Source of the DNA: Alphaproteobacteria bacterium
Lineage (GTDB): Bacteria > Pseudomonadota > Alphaproteobacteria > TMED109
Length of the DNA: 64,000 nt
Reading direction: 5' to 3'
Assembly: GCA_965657505.1 (NCBI GenBank)
Contig: CBFHON010000004.1
Span: 96,346-160,345, forward strand
The notes under the pieces: model-generated
The model's database searches: none
Told to the model about the DNA's origin: nothing
The model's input: the letters and a program-made list of their open reading frames with translations, nothing else
Program-made: the position numbers and the translations under genes
In this document: positions 29,298-39,451 of the stretch, piece by piece
Numbering within the stretch: the stretch's first letter is position 1
Layout of the letters: each line of letters begins with the position of its first letter

Positions 29298-30131
29298 ATG
29301 TCATCTAAAGCTAATCATCCATATCATCTAGTTGATCCTAGTCCTTGGCCTTTAGTAGGAGCTATATCTGCATTGGTATTAGCCGTAGGTGCAATTATGT
29401 ATATGCATGAAATAGATAGTGGCATAGTTATGGGTATAGGTTTAATTATGTGTCTTGGAACTATGGCTGTTTGGTGGAGAGATGTAATAAGAGAAGGTGA
29501 GCATGGTGGACATCATACCACTACAGTACAATTAGGATTAAGATATGGAATGGTTCTATTTATTGCATCCGAAGTAATGTTTTTTGTAGCCTGGTTCTGG
29601 GCTTTCTTCGATGCTAGCTTTTATGCAAATGAAGCAATTCAGGTAGCAAGAGTTGAGCATACAGGTGGTACTTGGCCTCCTCAAGGAGTAGAAGTATTTG
29701 ATCCTTGGCATTTACCTTTAATAAATACTATAATTTTATTAACTTCTGGTACTACTGTTACTTGGGCTCATCATGCATTAAAAGAAAATAAAAGAGGTGG
29801 TTTGATCTGGGGGTTAGTCCTAACAGTGATATTAGGTGTATGTTTTACTGCAGTACAAGCTTACGAATATGGGCATGCAGCTTTTGGTTTTACTGACGGT
29901 ATTTATTCTTCAACTTTCTTTATGGCTACAGGTTTTCATGGTGCTCATGTACTTATTGGATCTATATTTTTAATTGTTTGTCTAGGAAGAGCATTAGTAG
30001 GTCATTTCAAGCCAGACCATCATTTTGGATTTGAAGCCGCCGCATGGTATTGGCACTTTGTTGATGTAGTATGGTTATTTTTGTTTTTTGCAATATACTG
30101 GTGGGGCGGTTTAGGTGGTACAGTCCACTAA
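29298..30131 (+). CDS. ctaE: Cytochrome c oxidase subunit III
   Basis: HPYHLVDPSPWP N-terminus, GFHGAHVLIG, and AAWYWHFVDVVWLFLF. Confidence 0.95.
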   Translation: MSSKANHPYHLVDPSPWPLVGAISALVLAVGAIMYMHEIDSGIVMGIGLIMCLGTMAVWWRDVIREGEHGGHHTTTVQLGLRYGMVLFIASEVMFFVAWFWAFFDASFYANEAIQVARVEHTGGTWPPQGVEVFDPWHLPLINTIILLTSGTTVTWAHHALKENKRGGLIWGLVLTVILGVCFTAVQAYEYGHAAFGFTDGIYSSTFFMATGFHGAHVLIGSIFLIVCLGRALVGHFKPDHHFGFEAAAWYWHFVDVVWLFLFFAIYWWGGLGGTVH

Positions 30132-30492
30132 AGAATTAGGTATAAGACATAAACAAAAAAGAACATCTTTATTTAAGAAGGTTATATATGGATTATGTCC
30201 AAACTGTGCTTCTATAAGTATTTTTAAATACTATATAAAGTTGCTAAGCAAATGTCCTAACTGTGGGTATGAAATAAATACACATAAAATTGGAGATGGA
30301 GCGGCATGGTTTTCAATGCTTTTAACTAGTATATTGGTGGCTATTGGAGCTCTAATATTAGAAGTTAATTTTCAGCCTAAATTATGGGTACATGTAATAA
30401 TTTGGTTTCCTATAGTAATTATTCTTTCAGTATTTATTCTAAGACCTTTTAAAGCTCTGCTAATATGTATAACCACTGAAAAAACCAATTAA
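30115..30492 (+). CDS. DUF983 family zinc-ribbon membrane protein
   Basis: CPNC-x17-CPNC zinc ribbon followed by two TM helices. The position between coxC and surf1 is typical of alphaproteobacteria. The GTG start overlaps coxC by 17 nt. Confidence 0.7.
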   Translation: MVQSTKELGIRHKQKRTSLFKKVIYGLCPNCASISIFKYYIKLLSKCPNCGYEINTHKIGDGAAWFSMLLTSILVAIGALILEVNFQPKLWVHVIIWFPIVIILSVFILRPFKALLICITTEKTN

Positions 30493-30496
30493 AATA

Positions 30497-31177
30497 ATGA
30501 GTAATAAAAAATTATTTTTATCATTAGTATATAGCTCTATAGCTATATTAATACTGGTTTCTCTAGGAACTTGGCAACTAGAGAGACTAAGATGGAAAAC
30601 TACTATTTTATCTTCAATGAAATTAAGTTTATCAATGCCTCCAATAAAAATATCTAGTGAAATTATAGATAATATTAACAAGTATAGCTATAGACGTATT
30701 GAATTAACTGGAAGTTATTTGAATGACAATAATTTTACAATTTATTCTAAAGTATTAAATAAAAAAGTTGGTAAACATTTAGTTGTTCCTTTTAAAACTC
30801 AATATGGCACAATTTTAGTAAATAGAGGCTATATTCCAAAAGATTTTAAAACCATAAGTGAAATTGAATCAGGACTAGTTACAATAAATGGTATGGTAAA
30901 ATTTCAACAAAAAATTAATTATTTCACTCCTAAAAATAATATTTATAAAAATGAGTGGTATTACATCAATATTAATGATGCCAGTGATTACCTATCAGCG
31001 CAATTATTAAATTTTTACATAGTAGAAGAAAACAATATTGAAGAAGAATATCCAGTTGGAAGTCAATACAATATTAATATTCCAAATGATCATTTGCAGT
31101 ATGCAATTACATGGTTTTCTTTAGCTTTGGCACTAAGTATATTTATGAATGTATTTTGGAGAAAAAATGTTTCATAA
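30497..31177 (+). CDS. SURF1 family cytochrome oxidase biogenesis protein
   Basis: GTWQLERLRWK near the N-terminal TM, and HLQYAITWFSLAL near the C-terminal TM. Confidence 0.85.
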   Translation: MSNKKLFLSLVYSSIAILILVSLGTWQLERLRWKTTILSSMKLSLSMPPIKISSEIIDNINKYSYRRIELTGSYLNDNNFTIYSKVLNKKVGKHLVVPFKTQYGTILVNRGYIPKDFKTISEIESGLVTINGMVKFQQKINYFTPKNNIYKNEWYYININDASDYLSAQLLNFYIVEENNIEEEYPVGSQYNINIPNDHLQYAITWFSLALALSIFMNVFWRKNVS

Positions 31178-32120
31178 TATGCCTAAAGCTAGGATAATTT
31201 CATTACTAAAGATATTATCTGGTATGTTAATTATTGTAATATTCGCCCAAATATCTTTAGGTTCTGCTGTAAGATTAACTGGATCAGGCTTATCTTGCCC
31301 AGATTGGCCTTTATGCTACGGGTTATGGTTTCCTGATCAGAAAAAATTATCAGTAATTTCTGAAGTTAATTATGAATTTTACCAAATTATGCTTGAATGG
31401 ATTCATAGATTTAATGCCGCAATATTTATTGCTCCACTTACACTTTTTGTTTTTATAACAGGCTTTAAATTACATAATTCAGATATAAATAAAAAAACTC
31501 TTTTAGCTATTCTAGTATTTTTAGCATTACAAGGACTGATGGGGGGATTTACGGTATTCGATAGAAATTCACCTTGGTCTGTTGCTGTTCATCTAGGTTT
31601 AGCATTAATTTTATTATTACTAGTTATAAGAGTATTTATGCAAAGTCTAAACTTGAATTTTGAAATTTCTTTTCCAAATATTAAGCGTAAATTATCTACT
31701 TTAATCATCTCTATTATTTTTATAATAATTACGATGTTAATGGGGGCTATTGTCTCAAAAAGTGGATCCTCTTTAGCTTGTGATATATGGCCATTATGTT
31801 CCAACGATGGTTTAAGTATCTTTCAGCATAATAAATTTATACATATTACACACAGGTTTTTAGCCGTTATTTCTGCGATATGTATTTATTTTGTCTTTAA
31901 GTTTTATAGAGATTCTAGGCAATATAAATTAATTTATATATTACGAAAAATGTTAATAACAGTGATAGTATTACAAATATTAATTGGAGCTACAGTAATT
32001 TTTACAGAATTAAATATGTATATTGCAATGTTTCATCAATCTTTAGCGGTTATATTATTTATGATGCTTTCTTTTTTATTTTGGTTTACCTTACAAATAA
32101 ATTATAAGATTAAATATTAA
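31149..32120 (+). CDS. ctaA: Heme A synthase (COX15/CtaA)
   Basis: Polytopic protein with conserved His motifs (LEWIHRFNA, HITHRFLAV) and a Cys pair (CPDWPLC). The likely start is the ATG at 31167, 5 nt after a GGAG, rather than 31149. Confidence 0.85.
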   Translation: MYFGEKMFHNMPKARIISLLKILSGMLIIVIFAQISLGSAVRLTGSGLSCPDWPLCYGLWFPDQKKLSVISEVNYEFYQIMLEWIHRFNAAIFIAPLTLFVFITGFKLHNSDINKKTLLAILVFLALQGLMGGFTVFDRNSPWSVAVHLGLALILLLLVIRVFMQSLNLNFEISFPNIKRKLSTLIISIIFIIITMLMGAIVSKSGSSLACDIWPLCSNDGLSIFQHNKFIHITHRFLAVISAICIYFVFKFYRDSRQYKLIYILRKMLITVIVLQILIGATVIFTELNMYIAMFHQSLAVILFMMLSFLFWFTLQINYKIKY

Positions 32121-32141
32121 AGATATTTTATTTAATGCATT

Positions 32142-33554
32142 TTGGGTAAATTAATGAATTATATTTCTACCAGAAATAAATATAATATTTCTGATAATAC
32201 TTTTAGTAAAATTACTATGGAAGGCCTTGCACCTGATGGAGGTCTATATATACCTGATAATTTTCCATCTTTAACTTCAAAAGAAATATATGAAATGGTA
32301 AATTTAAGTTATTCAGAATTATTTACTGAAATAATTTATAAGTTCTGTGGAAGTTGTGTAAATAAGTCTGAAATTTATGAAATTGCAGAAGATGCATACA
32401 AAGATTTTGGGAGCGAAGATTTAGCTCCACTAATAAATTATAATGATAATATAAAAATATTAGAACTATACCATGGCCCTACATTAGCTTTTAAAGATTT
32501 TGCATTACAGTTTTTAAGTAGAATTTTTAACTTATTTTTAGAGAGAAGTAATAAAAATATAACAATAATAGGAGCTACCTCCGGAGATACTGGCTCAGCG
32601 GCTATTGAAGCTTTTAAAAATAACTCAAGAGCTAATATAATCATATTACATCCAAAAGGTAAAGTTAGTGAATTTCAAAGAAGACAAATGACTACAATAA
32701 ACGCTAATAATGTTTTTAATATTGCTTTAGAGGGTAATTTTGATGATTGCCAAGCAGTTGTTAAAAAACTTTTAATTGATAAAGAATTTAATGATAAGCA
32801 TAATCTTGCATCAATTAACTCTATTAATTGGGGAAGAGTGCTAGCTCAAATAGTATATTATTTTTATTCTGTCTTTAAGGTATTAAAGAATAATAATAGA
32901 CAATTTATTAATTTTTCTGTTCCAACCGGTAATTTTGGTGATGCCTATGCTGGCTATATTGCAAAAAAAATGGGATTACCAATTAATAAAATTATTATTG
33001 CTACAAACAGTAATGATATCTTATCAAAATTTTTTCAGTCTGGTATTTATAAAGTTTCAGAAGTGATTCCTACTTTAAGTCCTTCAATGGATATTCAAGT
33101 AGCTAGTAATTTTGAAAGACTTTTATTTGAATATCTTGGTTTTAATTCAGCTTTAGTAACAGAATATATGACGAATCTTAATACTCATGGTTCCTTCAAA
33201 GTAAGTAAAGAAATATTACATGAATTAAATAAGACTTTTATAGGTATTAGTGTAAATGATGAAAAAACAATAGAACGTATTAGAAGCTGTTACAGTGAAA
33301 AAAATATTGTCATTGATCCTCATACTTCTGTTGGCCTTGAGGCTACTTGTAGCGCAAATCTAAAAGGTTTAAACATTGTATTATCAACGGCGCATCCAGT
33401 GAAATTTTCTTCTGCTGTAAATCAAGCAATAGATAATACTCCTAGATTACCTAATAAGTATAAAAATATTTTTACTTTAAAGGAAAAATATCAATCTATG
33501 CCTAATGACATTAATGAGATTAAAAATTATATATCTATTAACTCAAGTCTATAA
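32142..33554 (+). CDS. thrC: Threonine synthase
   Basis: PLP-lysine motif GPTLAFKDFALQ, GATSGDTGSAA, and length ~465 aa. The likely start is the ATG at 32154 (MNYISTRN). Confidence 0.9.
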   Translation: MGKLMNYISTRNKYNISDNTFSKITMEGLAPDGGLYIPDNFPSLTSKEIYEMVNLSYSELFTEIIYKFCGSCVNKSEIYEIAEDAYKDFGSEDLAPLINYNDNIKILELYHGPTLAFKDFALQFLSRIFNLFLERSNKNITIIGATSGDTGSAAIEAFKNNSRANIIILHPKGKVSEFQRRQMTTINANNVFNIALEGNFDDCQAVVKKLLIDKEFNDKHNLASINSINWGRVLAQIVYYFYSVFKVLKNNNRQFINFSVPTGNFGDAYAGYIAKKMGLPINKIIIATNSNDILSKFFQSGIYKVSEVIPTLSPSMDIQVASNFERLLFEYLGFNSALVTEYMTNLNTHGSFKVSKEILHELNKTFIGISVNDEKTIERIRSCYSEKNIVIDPHTSVGLEATCSANLKGLNIVLSTAHPVKFSSAVNQAIDNTPRLPNKYKNIFTLKEKYQSMPNDINEIKNYISINSSL

Positions 33555-33583
33555 TTACTTAAAACTAATATTGAGTATTTAAT

Positions 33584-34225
33584 ATGAGCAAATATAAATT
33601 TAAAGTAATAAAACCTAAATCATTTAAGGGTAATCGACTTAAAAAAATAGCTTATGCTTTTAAAGGTTACTTCCCTCATAATTATATTGAAAGCGATAGA
33701 ATTATTATACGTCATCCTCGAAGAAGAGATTGGAAATCTTGGGTTAATTTAAGAAGAGAGTCATATAATTTTTTATATAAATGGGAGCCTTATTGGAATA
33801 TTGAAAATTGTAATAGAAGTAATTATATGAAGCAACTAAGATTACAAAGATCAAAAGCTGCATATGATCAGGCATATTCATTTTTATGTTTTAAAAAAAA
33901 TAATAAGGAATTAATAGGTGGAATAAATATTTCTAATATTCAAAGAAGTGTAGTGCAAACTTGTAATATTGGTTATTGGCTAGGTGAACCTAATATAAAA
34001 AAAGGATATATGGAAGAGTCTATGCGAAGTATTATTCCGTATATCTTTAAGAACTTAAAAATTAATAGGATTCAAGCATTTACTTTAAATAATAATATTA
34101 GCTCAAGAAACCTTTTAGAAAAATTGAATTTTAAAAATGAAGGAGTACTAAGAGAAGCAATGAAAATTAATAATGTATGGGAAGACCATATATTATATGC
34201 TCTTTTAAATAGTGATCATGGCTAG
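33584..34225 (+). CDS. GNAT family N-acetyltransferase (RimJ/RimL-like)
   Basis: Acetyltransferase fold pattern (IGYWLGEPNIKKGYMEESM..., NISSRNLLEKLNFKNEGVLRE). Confidence 0.7.
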   Translation: MSKYKFKVIKPKSFKGNRLKKIAYAFKGYFPHNYIESDRIIIRHPRRRDWKSWVNLRRESYNFLYKWEPYWNIENCNRSNYMKQLRLQRSKAAYDQAYSFLCFKKNNKELIGGINISNIQRSVVQTCNIGYWLGEPNIKKGYMEESMRSIIPYIFKNLKINRIQAFTLNNNISSRNLLEKLNFKNEGVLREAMKINNVWEDHILYALLNSDHG

Positions 34226-36296
34226 TTTTTATATTTTCTTATGTTTGAATATTATGAAAATAATTTTTTATCCAATATTATATATTTTTCTCACTGCATT
34301 TATAAATTTATCTTATGCTCAAGACCATAATATTTTTACAGAAGAAATGGTTGAAGTAAAATTTATTTCATCTGTTACAAAAGTTCAAAAGGAAAATTTT
34401 TATATAGCTTTAGATTTTAATTTAAAGCCAGGGTGGAAAATATATTGGAGGCAACCGGGAGATTCAGGTATGCCCCCAAATCTAGATTATAAAAATTCTA
34501 ATAATTTAAAATCACTCGATTTAAAATGGCCATTTCCTAAAAAAGAATATGAAGCAGCAAATTTATTAACAAATATATATAAAGAAAATACAATAATTCC
34601 AATTGAAATTACGGTTAAAGATCCAACTAAGCCTCTAAATTTGCAAACAGTTCTTAACTTTCAGGTCTGTAAGGATATCTGCATACCGTTTCAAACAAAT
34701 TTGTTTCTACTCCTGGATACAGGAGAAGCAAACTATACTAAATATCTCTATAAAATAGAAAGAGCTCTATCAAAAGTACCTATAGATTATAAAATAGCTG
34801 GTATTGATAATATTACAGTTAGTAGGGATTCTGAAAACTCATTACTTTTTTTCTTAGAGAGTTTGGTTGATATTCCAGAAGGTGAGCTAGAAATATTTCT
34901 AGAAAACAATGATGAATATATAAAAATAAATAATATTAAGATTATAGATAATACTAATAATAGAATTTCTGCTAAACTTATATTAGATAGTAGTATAATT
35001 CATTTAAATGAATTAGATATAATATTTGTTATAGGAAATTTAGCTGCAAGTATTAAAGATATCAAAATTGAAAATAATAATTCTAAAAGTATTTATTTAA
35101 TAATATTAGCTGCATTAATGGGAGGTTTAATTTTAAACTTTATGCCATGTGTACTTCCTGTTCTAGTACTAAAGATTAATAGAATAATAAGTATTGAAGA
35201 TAAAAATATTTATAATATGAGATTTAATTTTTTATTAACTATATTGGGTATTATTTCTTCTTTTATATTTGTCGCATTTATTACAGTTTTTATAAAAAAT
35301 ATTACAGGACAGGTGGGATGGGGAATCCAATTCCAACAGCCTATATTTTTACTTTTTTTAATTTTTATTTTAATTATATTTTCTTTGAATTTATTTGGTA
35401 AAATACAATTTAACCTCCCAAATAAATTTAACACCAATATTAATAAATATTTAGGTAAGAAGAGTAATGGAGTAGCTTTTTTTGAAGGAGCATTAGCAAC
35501 TTTATTAGCAACTCCTTGTTCAGCTCCTTTTTTAGGTACAGCAGTAAGTTTTGCATTATCATCTAATTTCTATATTACGTTATTAATTTTTATGTTTCTA
35601 GGAATAGGGATGTCACTTCCTTATTTTATATTTATTTGTTTTCCATCATTAGTAAATTTTTTACCTAAACCTGGAAAATGGATGAATTATTTAAGGTATA
35701 TACTTGGGCTTGGATTACTTTTAACTGCTGTATGGTTGAGTTATGTCTGTGTATCCATTATAGGATTATCTATTTTTAGTTATTTTATATCATCTCTAGT
35801 AGTTTTTTTACTAATTATCTATCGTTTATATTTAAGAAGAAAATATCTAGTTTTAATAATCATAATACTTTCAGGTAATATATATATATCAAGCAATACT
35901 AGTTTTTTAGATTATGATTTTTCTTATAGTGAGCAGGAAGAATGGCTTAAATTTGATAATCAAGAATTACAAGAACTAATTAATCAAGGAAATATAGTAT
36001 TTGTAGATATTACTGCTGATTGGTGTATCACTTGCAAAGTAAATAAAATATTAGTGTTAAATAGTAAAGAATTTAAGAACTTAATGAAGTCAAATAAAAT
36101 AATATTAATGAAAGGCGACTGGACTAGACCAAATGATGAAATTAACAAATTTTTACAAAAAGCAAATAGATATGGCATTCCATTTAACGCTTTATATCAT
36201 ACTAGTCTCTCTAATGGGTTAGTATATTCAGAAATATTATTATTAAAAGAAATAAAAGAAAGTATTTCAAAATTGCATATTAGCAATGCAAGATAA
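34212..36296 (+). CDS. DsbD-family protein-disulfide reductase (N-terminal DsbC/ScsB-like domain, CcdA-type TM core, C-terminal thioredoxin)
   Basis: N-domain QVCKDICIPF, TM-core cysteines in NFMPCVLPVL and ATPCSAPFLG, and C-terminal thioredoxin CxxC (ADWCITCK). Confidence 0.8.
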   Translation: MIMASFYIFLCLNIMKIIFYPILYIFLTAFINLSYAQDHNIFTEEMVEVKFISSVTKVQKENFYIALDFNLKPGWKIYWRQPGDSGMPPNLDYKNSNNLKSLDLKWPFPKKEYEAANLLTNIYKENTIIPIEITVKDPTKPLNLQTVLNFQVCKDICIPFQTNLFLLLDTGEANYTKYLYKIERALSKVPIDYKIAGIDNITVSRDSENSLLFFLESLVDIPEGELEIFLENNDEYIKINNIKIIDNTNNRISAKLILDSSIIHLNELDIIFVIGNLAASIKDIKIENNNSKSIYLIILAALMGGLILNFMPCVLPVLVLKINRIISIEDKNIYNMRFNFLLTILGIISSFIFVAFITVFIKNITGQVGWGIQFQQPIFLLFLIFILIIFSLNLFGKIQFNLPNKFNTNINKYLGKKSNGVAFFEGALATLLATPCSAPFLGTAVSFALSSNFYITLLIFMFLGIGMSLPYFIFICFPSLVNFLPKPGKWMNYLRYILGLGLLLTAVWLSYVCVSIIGLSIFSYFISSLVVFLLIIYRLYLRRKYLVLIIIILSGNIYISSNTSFLDYDFSYSEQEEWLKFDNQELQELINQGNIVFVDITADWCITCKVNKILVLNSKEFKNLMKSNKIILMKGDWTRPNDEINKFLQKANRYGIPFNALYHTSLSNGLVYSEILLLKEIKESISKLHISNAR

Positions 36297-36368
36297 TTTG
36301 AAAATATTTATAGATATATTTAATTAAATTTAGTAAACATATGTATTAAATATTTAGGAGGTTTGTGT

Positions 36369-36854
36369 ATGACTATTTCAGTAGGAAGTAAAATGCCATC
36401 GGGCATATTAAGAGGGATGGACTCTAATGGAGTTTATACTATTAAAGTTGAAGAACATTTTAATGGTAAAAAAATAGTCTTATTTTCTCTTCCCGGCGCA
36501 TTTACTCCCACATGCTCTGCAAAGCATTTACCGGGTTTTGTTGAATATTATTCTGATATTAAGAACAAAGGTGTGGACGAAATAATATGCATAGCTGTTA
36601 ACGATCATTTTGTAATGAATGCCTGGGAAAAGGATCAGAATTCAAAAGGAAAAGTTACTTTATTAGCTGATGGAAATGGTGAATATACAGAAGCTTTGGG
36701 CTTAGCTATGGATAGATCTAATTTTGGTTTAGGTATTAGAGGTAAAAGGTTTGCTATGATCGTTGAAAATAATATAATTACTCATTTAGCTGTTGAAGAA
36801 GGTGGAGAATTTAACGTTTCAAGCGCAGAAAGTATATTGAAAGTCTTAGACTAA
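36369..36854 (+). CDS. Peroxiredoxin, Prx5 subfamily
   Basis: LPGAFTPTCS peroxidatic-Cys motif. AGGAGG lies 7 nt upstream of the ATG at 36369; the track start at 36363 is a TTG two codons earlier. Confidence 0.85.
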   Translation: MTISVGSKMPSGILRGMDSNGVYTIKVEEHFNGKKIVLFSLPGAFTPTCSAKHLPGFVEYYSDIKNKGVDEIICIAVNDHFVMNAWEKDQNSKGKVTLLADGNGEYTEALGLAMDRSNFGLGIRGKRFAMIVENNIITHLAVEEGGEFNVSSAESILKVLD

Positions 36855-36859
36855 AATAT

Positions 36860-37300
36860 TTAAAGATCTTTAATTGCCTCTGTAGCAAGTTTATCAGCAA
36901 TATCATTTTCAATATTACCAGAGTGTCCTTTTACCCAATTCCAGTTTATATTATGCTTTAGTGATAATGAATCTAATTCAACCCAAAGGTCTTTATTTTT
37001 AACATCCTTTTTTTGGCTGTTTTTCCAGTTTTTCTTCTTCCAATTATGAATCCAGATTGTAGTCCCGTCTTTTACATATTTACTATCAGTATATAAATTA
37101 ATTGTTAGGCCAGGCTCTAAAAATTTTAATGCTTTAATAACAGCTATCATCTCCATCCTATTGTTTGTCGTCATATCTTCAGCGCCAGATAGCTTTTTTA
37201 TAGAATTTTTGTACTTTATTAGTACTCCCCAGCCACCTGGCCCTGGATTACCTGAACAGGCACCATCAGTCCATATATTAACAATATTTTCATTATGCAT
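36860..37300 (-). CDS. rnhA: Ribonuclease HI
   Basis: TDGACSGNPGPGGWG, TNNRMEM, and WNWVKGHSGNIENDIADKLA. Confidence 0.95.
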   Translation of the reverse strand: MHNENIVNIWTDGACSGNPGPGGWGVLIKYKNSIKKLSGAEDMTTNNRMEMIAVIKALKFLEPGLTINLYTDSKYVKDGTTIWIHNWKKKNWKNSQKKDVKNKDLWVELDSLSLKHNINWNWVKGHSGNIENDIADKLATEAIKDL

Positions 37301-38273
37301 AATTAATATTCATTCTTAAATTTTTTGTATCGTTAAAATATAATAGCTTATCAATATATTCATGAGGATTCTTAGTTAAAATTTTTTTATTATCATAATT
37401 ATAATCCTTAGCAGTAATTCGTGTAAACATAAAACGCATACAATATAACTTACATATAATATTTAAGGCTGCTATTTCTTCATTTTTAATTTTTCTTATG
37501 CTGTTATAGCTTTTTAATAAAATATTTACTTTATTAAAATTTAATACATAAGCATCATCTTGATTAATATAAAAACACCAAGATATTATAACTATGGCTA
37601 AGTCTGAAATCATATAATTATAGTCAGAAAAATAAAAATCTAGAAAGCCTGTAATTTCATTATCATCATTAAAGAAAACATTATCTGGAAAAAGGTCACC
37701 GTGTATTATAGTTTTTGGCAAGTTTTTTTCATTTAAATTATTATAACTAATTAGTGTATCATTAAATATATTATTTAAGTTAATATCAAGTTTTGTAAAA
37801 AATACCTTTTTCTTTATTATAAAATTATTAAAAAAATTAATATCAAAGCGTACTTTAATTTTTTCATTAAATTTATTTGTTATGGTATGTAATTTTGCTA
37901 AATGAATCCCAACATTTTTTATATTTTGAAGAGAGGTTTTTTTATAAGATTTGCCTTCTATAAAACTAAAAATACAACTTGGCTTTTTATTAATATAATT
38001 AATAATATTATTATATTGATCTAATATTGGCATAGGACAAATAAAATTATTTTTATTACAAAATAATAACAAATTTAAAAAAAAATTAATATTATTAGCT
38101 ACATAAGTATCTTCAAAAATTGTTAAAATATATTTTTTACTTTGAGTATTTATAATATAATTACTATTTTGTATACCATCATATATTGGAGTATAATTTA
38201 CAAAATTTAATATGTTATAATTTAGTAATATGTAATCTATGTTTTTTTTTGATAAATTTGTTACATATGCCAT
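37293..38273 (-). CDS. thrB: Homoserine kinase, type II (APH/choline-kinase fold)
   Basis: IHGDLFPDNVFF catalytic-loop motif characteristic of type II ThrB. Length is 326 aa. It overlaps rnhA by 8 nt. Confidence 0.8.
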   Translation of the reverse strand: MAYVTNLSKKNIDYILLNYNILNFVNYTPIYDGIQNSNYIINTQSKKYILTIFEDTYVANNINFFLNLLLFCNKNNFICPMPILDQYNNIINYINKKPSCIFSFIEGKSYKKTSLQNIKNVGIHLAKLHTITNKFNEKIKVRFDINFFNNFIIKKKVFFTKLDINLNNIFNDTLISYNNLNEKNLPKTIIHGDLFPDNVFFNDDNEITGFLDFYFSDYNYMISDLAIVIISWCFYINQDDAYVLNFNKVNILLKSYNSIRKIKNEEIAALNIICKLYCMRFMFTRITAKDYNYDNKKILTKNPHEYIDKLLYFNDTKNLRMNINYA

Positions 38274-38335
38274 AAATATATAGTACTAGATATAATAATT
38301 TTAATAAATAACTTAAGTTAAAGCCTAGGTAATAT

Positions 38336-38854
38336 ATGTATATAAGACATTTTCTATTATTCATTTTATTTCTATTAACTATATCTTGTAGTGGGCCTAG
38401 TTCTAAAATTATGGAATTACATGAAGATGTATTTAATGAGAAACAAAGTATACTTTGTCCTAAAGTTAGTTTTATAGAAGGCCTAGATAAATTAATAGTA
38501 ACTCTTGAAGAGAAGGAAACTTATAAGATAAAATTTCATGAAGTCAAATGGATATGTTATTCTGAAATTTCTAAAGAAAGAAACCAAACTGATAATATTG
38601 ATTTATCTTTTAGTTTTAAAGTAGATTATATTGATGATATAAATGATTTCAAAGCAGAAAAATTTACCTTTATAGTAGCTTTATTAAATAAAAATAACGA
38701 AATAATTAGTAAGAAAAAATTTAGTCGGTCCTTTTTGAACAACTCAAAGTCAGAAATAATTTCAAATAATGATGCTTTAATTAATATCAAAGTCAATAAT
38801 AGTAACGATGAAATATATGATCATAGATTATTATTAGGATTTATGAAAAATTAA
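38336..38854 (+). CDS. Hypothetical lipoprotein
   Basis: Signal peptide with lipobox LLTISC. No recognisable domain. It is the lone + strand gene between thrB and atpF. Confidence 0.6.
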   Translation: MYIRHFLLFILFLLTISCSGPSSKIMELHEDVFNEKQSILCPKVSFIEGLDKLIVTLEEKETYKIKFHEVKWICYSEISKERNQTDNIDLSFSFKVDYIDDINDFKAEKFTFIVALLNKNNEIISKKKFSRSFLNNSKSEIISNNDALINIKVNNSNDEIYDHRLLLGFMKN

Positions 38855-38860
38855 AAAAAA

Positions 38861-39451
38861 TTATGATTTTAGAGCTTTAGGTATATTACTAATAAAATTC
38901 TCATAAATTATATCTGATTTTGTATCTTTGAACTCATTGTTAGCAATTTCTTCAACTGTACTTAAAGTTATAGTAGCTATTTTATTTTTAATAAGGGTAG
39001 CAGCTTCAGCATGTAAGTACTGTATCTCACGATCTGCAGCAATATTTTTTCTTTTTAATTCATCTGAAATTTTATCTGCATAGATATTTGCATTCTTTTC
39101 AGCAATTTCTTTTTGTTTATTTATTAAATTATTCACTTCATTTTTATGATCAGTTAAGGCTTGTTGACTATCGTTTAGTAACTGCTTAGCTTCTGTTAGA
39201 GTTGCTTCAGCACTACTAATCTTATCCTTGATAACATTTGACCTATTATCTAAAGCAGTATTCGCTGCATTAGTAGCTTTTTTACTCACTAAGATAATAA
39301 AAAGAATAAATGCTATTAGAACCCAAAACTTTTCGTCTAGTGTAATTCCTAAAAAACTCTTATAATTCATACCTTCAGCAGAAAATGCTGGTTGTGATAT
39401 TAGTATGAATATAAATACTGAATAGTAACTTTTAAATAGTAACTTAATCAT
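38861..39451 (-). CDS. atpF: F0F1 ATP synthase subunit b
   Basis: N-terminal TM followed by a long charged helix. It is the last gene of atpI-B-E-F'-F. Confidence 0.8.
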   Translation of the reverse strand: MIKLLFKSYYSVFIFILISQPAFSAEGMNYKSFLGITLDEKFWVLIAFILFIILVSKKATNAANTALDNRSNVIKDKISSAEATLTEAKQLLNDSQQALTDHKNEVNNLINKQKEIAEKNANIYADKISDELKRKNIAADREIQYLHAEAATLIKNKIATITLSTVEEIANNEFKDTKSDIIYENFISNIPKALKS

